This document shows positions 63,124 through 64,000 of a DNA stretch of 64,000 nt, one piece after another. The stretch lies in NCBI GenBank assembly GCA_964016885.1, contig OZ024741.1, forward strand, positions 108,128,001 to 108,192,000, given 5' to 3'. The number at the start of each line of letters is the position of its first letter. Position 1 is the first letter of the stretch. The notes beneath the pieces were generated by a model that worked only from the letters and a program-made list of their open reading frames with translations, was not told where the DNA came from and did no database searches. The translations under genes and the position numbers were made by a program. The DNA comes from Eledone cirrhosa. Taxonomy: Eukaryota.

Positions 63124-64000
63124 TCTGCGGGAGTAGGAGAGGAGAGAAGGAAGGGAAGAGAGAAGTAGAAAAGTAAGGGTTGATGGCTACAAGAAGGAAA
63201 ATAGAAAGGAAGAGGAAGAAAGGTCGATATTAATGTCAGACCACAGTCAAGCCAGGAGTGGCGCGAGAAAATTTTCACAGGGACCCGCATCTTAGCGGAG
63301 ATGAATATATTGGGAGTCAGTGTTTTACAGTGTTTAGACTTCTAGGATGAAGTTAAAAAAATTAATAATCAATATTCAATATTAAAGAGGTTAGAAAATT
63401 TAAAGTTCAACAGTTTAACAATTAATTATATAATAGTTCCGATTTGTTCTGTAATTTAAAGGTACTATTTGGCGGTTAAAACAACGGCCGGGCCCCATGG
63501 CGAATTAAGCCACGCCGAGTATTTTCATTTACTGAAAGAAGGGGAAATTTATTTTTGGAGTGCTTGGAAAAATAAATTTCCCCTTCTTTCAGTAAATGAA
63601 AATACTCGGCGTGGCTTAATTCGCCATGGGGCCCGGCCGTTGTTTTAACCGCCAAATAGTACCTTTAAATTACAGAACAAATCGGAACTATTATATAATT
63701 AATTGTTAAACCGTTGAACTTTAAATTTTCTAACCTCTTTAATATTGAATATTGATTATTAATTTTTTTAACTTCATCCTAGAAGTCTAAACACTGTAAA
63801 ACACTGACTCCCAATATATTCATCTCCGCTAAGATGCGGGTCCCTGTGAAAATTTTCTCGCGCCACTCCTGGCTTGACTGTGGTCTGACATTAATATCGA
63901 CCTTTCTTCCTCTTCCTTTCTATTTTCCTTCTTGTAGCCATCAACCCTTACTTTTCTACTTCTCTCTTCCCTTCCTTCTCTCCTCTCCTACTCCCGCAGA
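63124..64000. repeat. Large fold-back palindrome (arms of at least 433 bp, 11-nt spacer 63557-63567) running off the window
   Basis: GGGGAAATTTATTTTT-GGAGTGCTTGG-AAAAATAAATTTCCCC; position 64000 mirrors 63124. Confidence 0.95.

Overview
AT-rich, microsatellite-dense animal DNA; the SINE and LINE content suggests a cephalopod or other mollusc (inference). No host gene is recognisable and the window is essentially a pile of mobile elements. These include an internally deleted mariner, two tandem R4/Dong-type RLE LINEs in (TAA)n, a Tx1/L1 LINE ending in (TTC)n, decayed RTE and CR1 LINEs, SINEs, MITEs, a hAT-like remnant, and a Helitron-like PIF1 helicase followed by a USP/C19 deubiquitinase-like domain. 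The most striking signal is about 15 type-I hammerhead ribozyme (HHR) motifs (stem I-CUGANGA-stem II-GAAA-short, often palindromic stem III-UH-stem I), plus several decayed ones. They lie in Penelope-like element (PLE) ends and in short non-coding cassettes bounded by (TA)n. Several cassettes are near-perfect fold-back palindromes (28.5, 42.4, 48.5, 58.8 and 63.5 kb). One also carries a 310-bp tandem HHR unit and shows the natural hairpin at which the fold-back apparently began. Several families share a small TACTC-Nx-GAGTR hairpin near their 3' ends. Coordinates and pairings were read by eye and may be off by a few bases.
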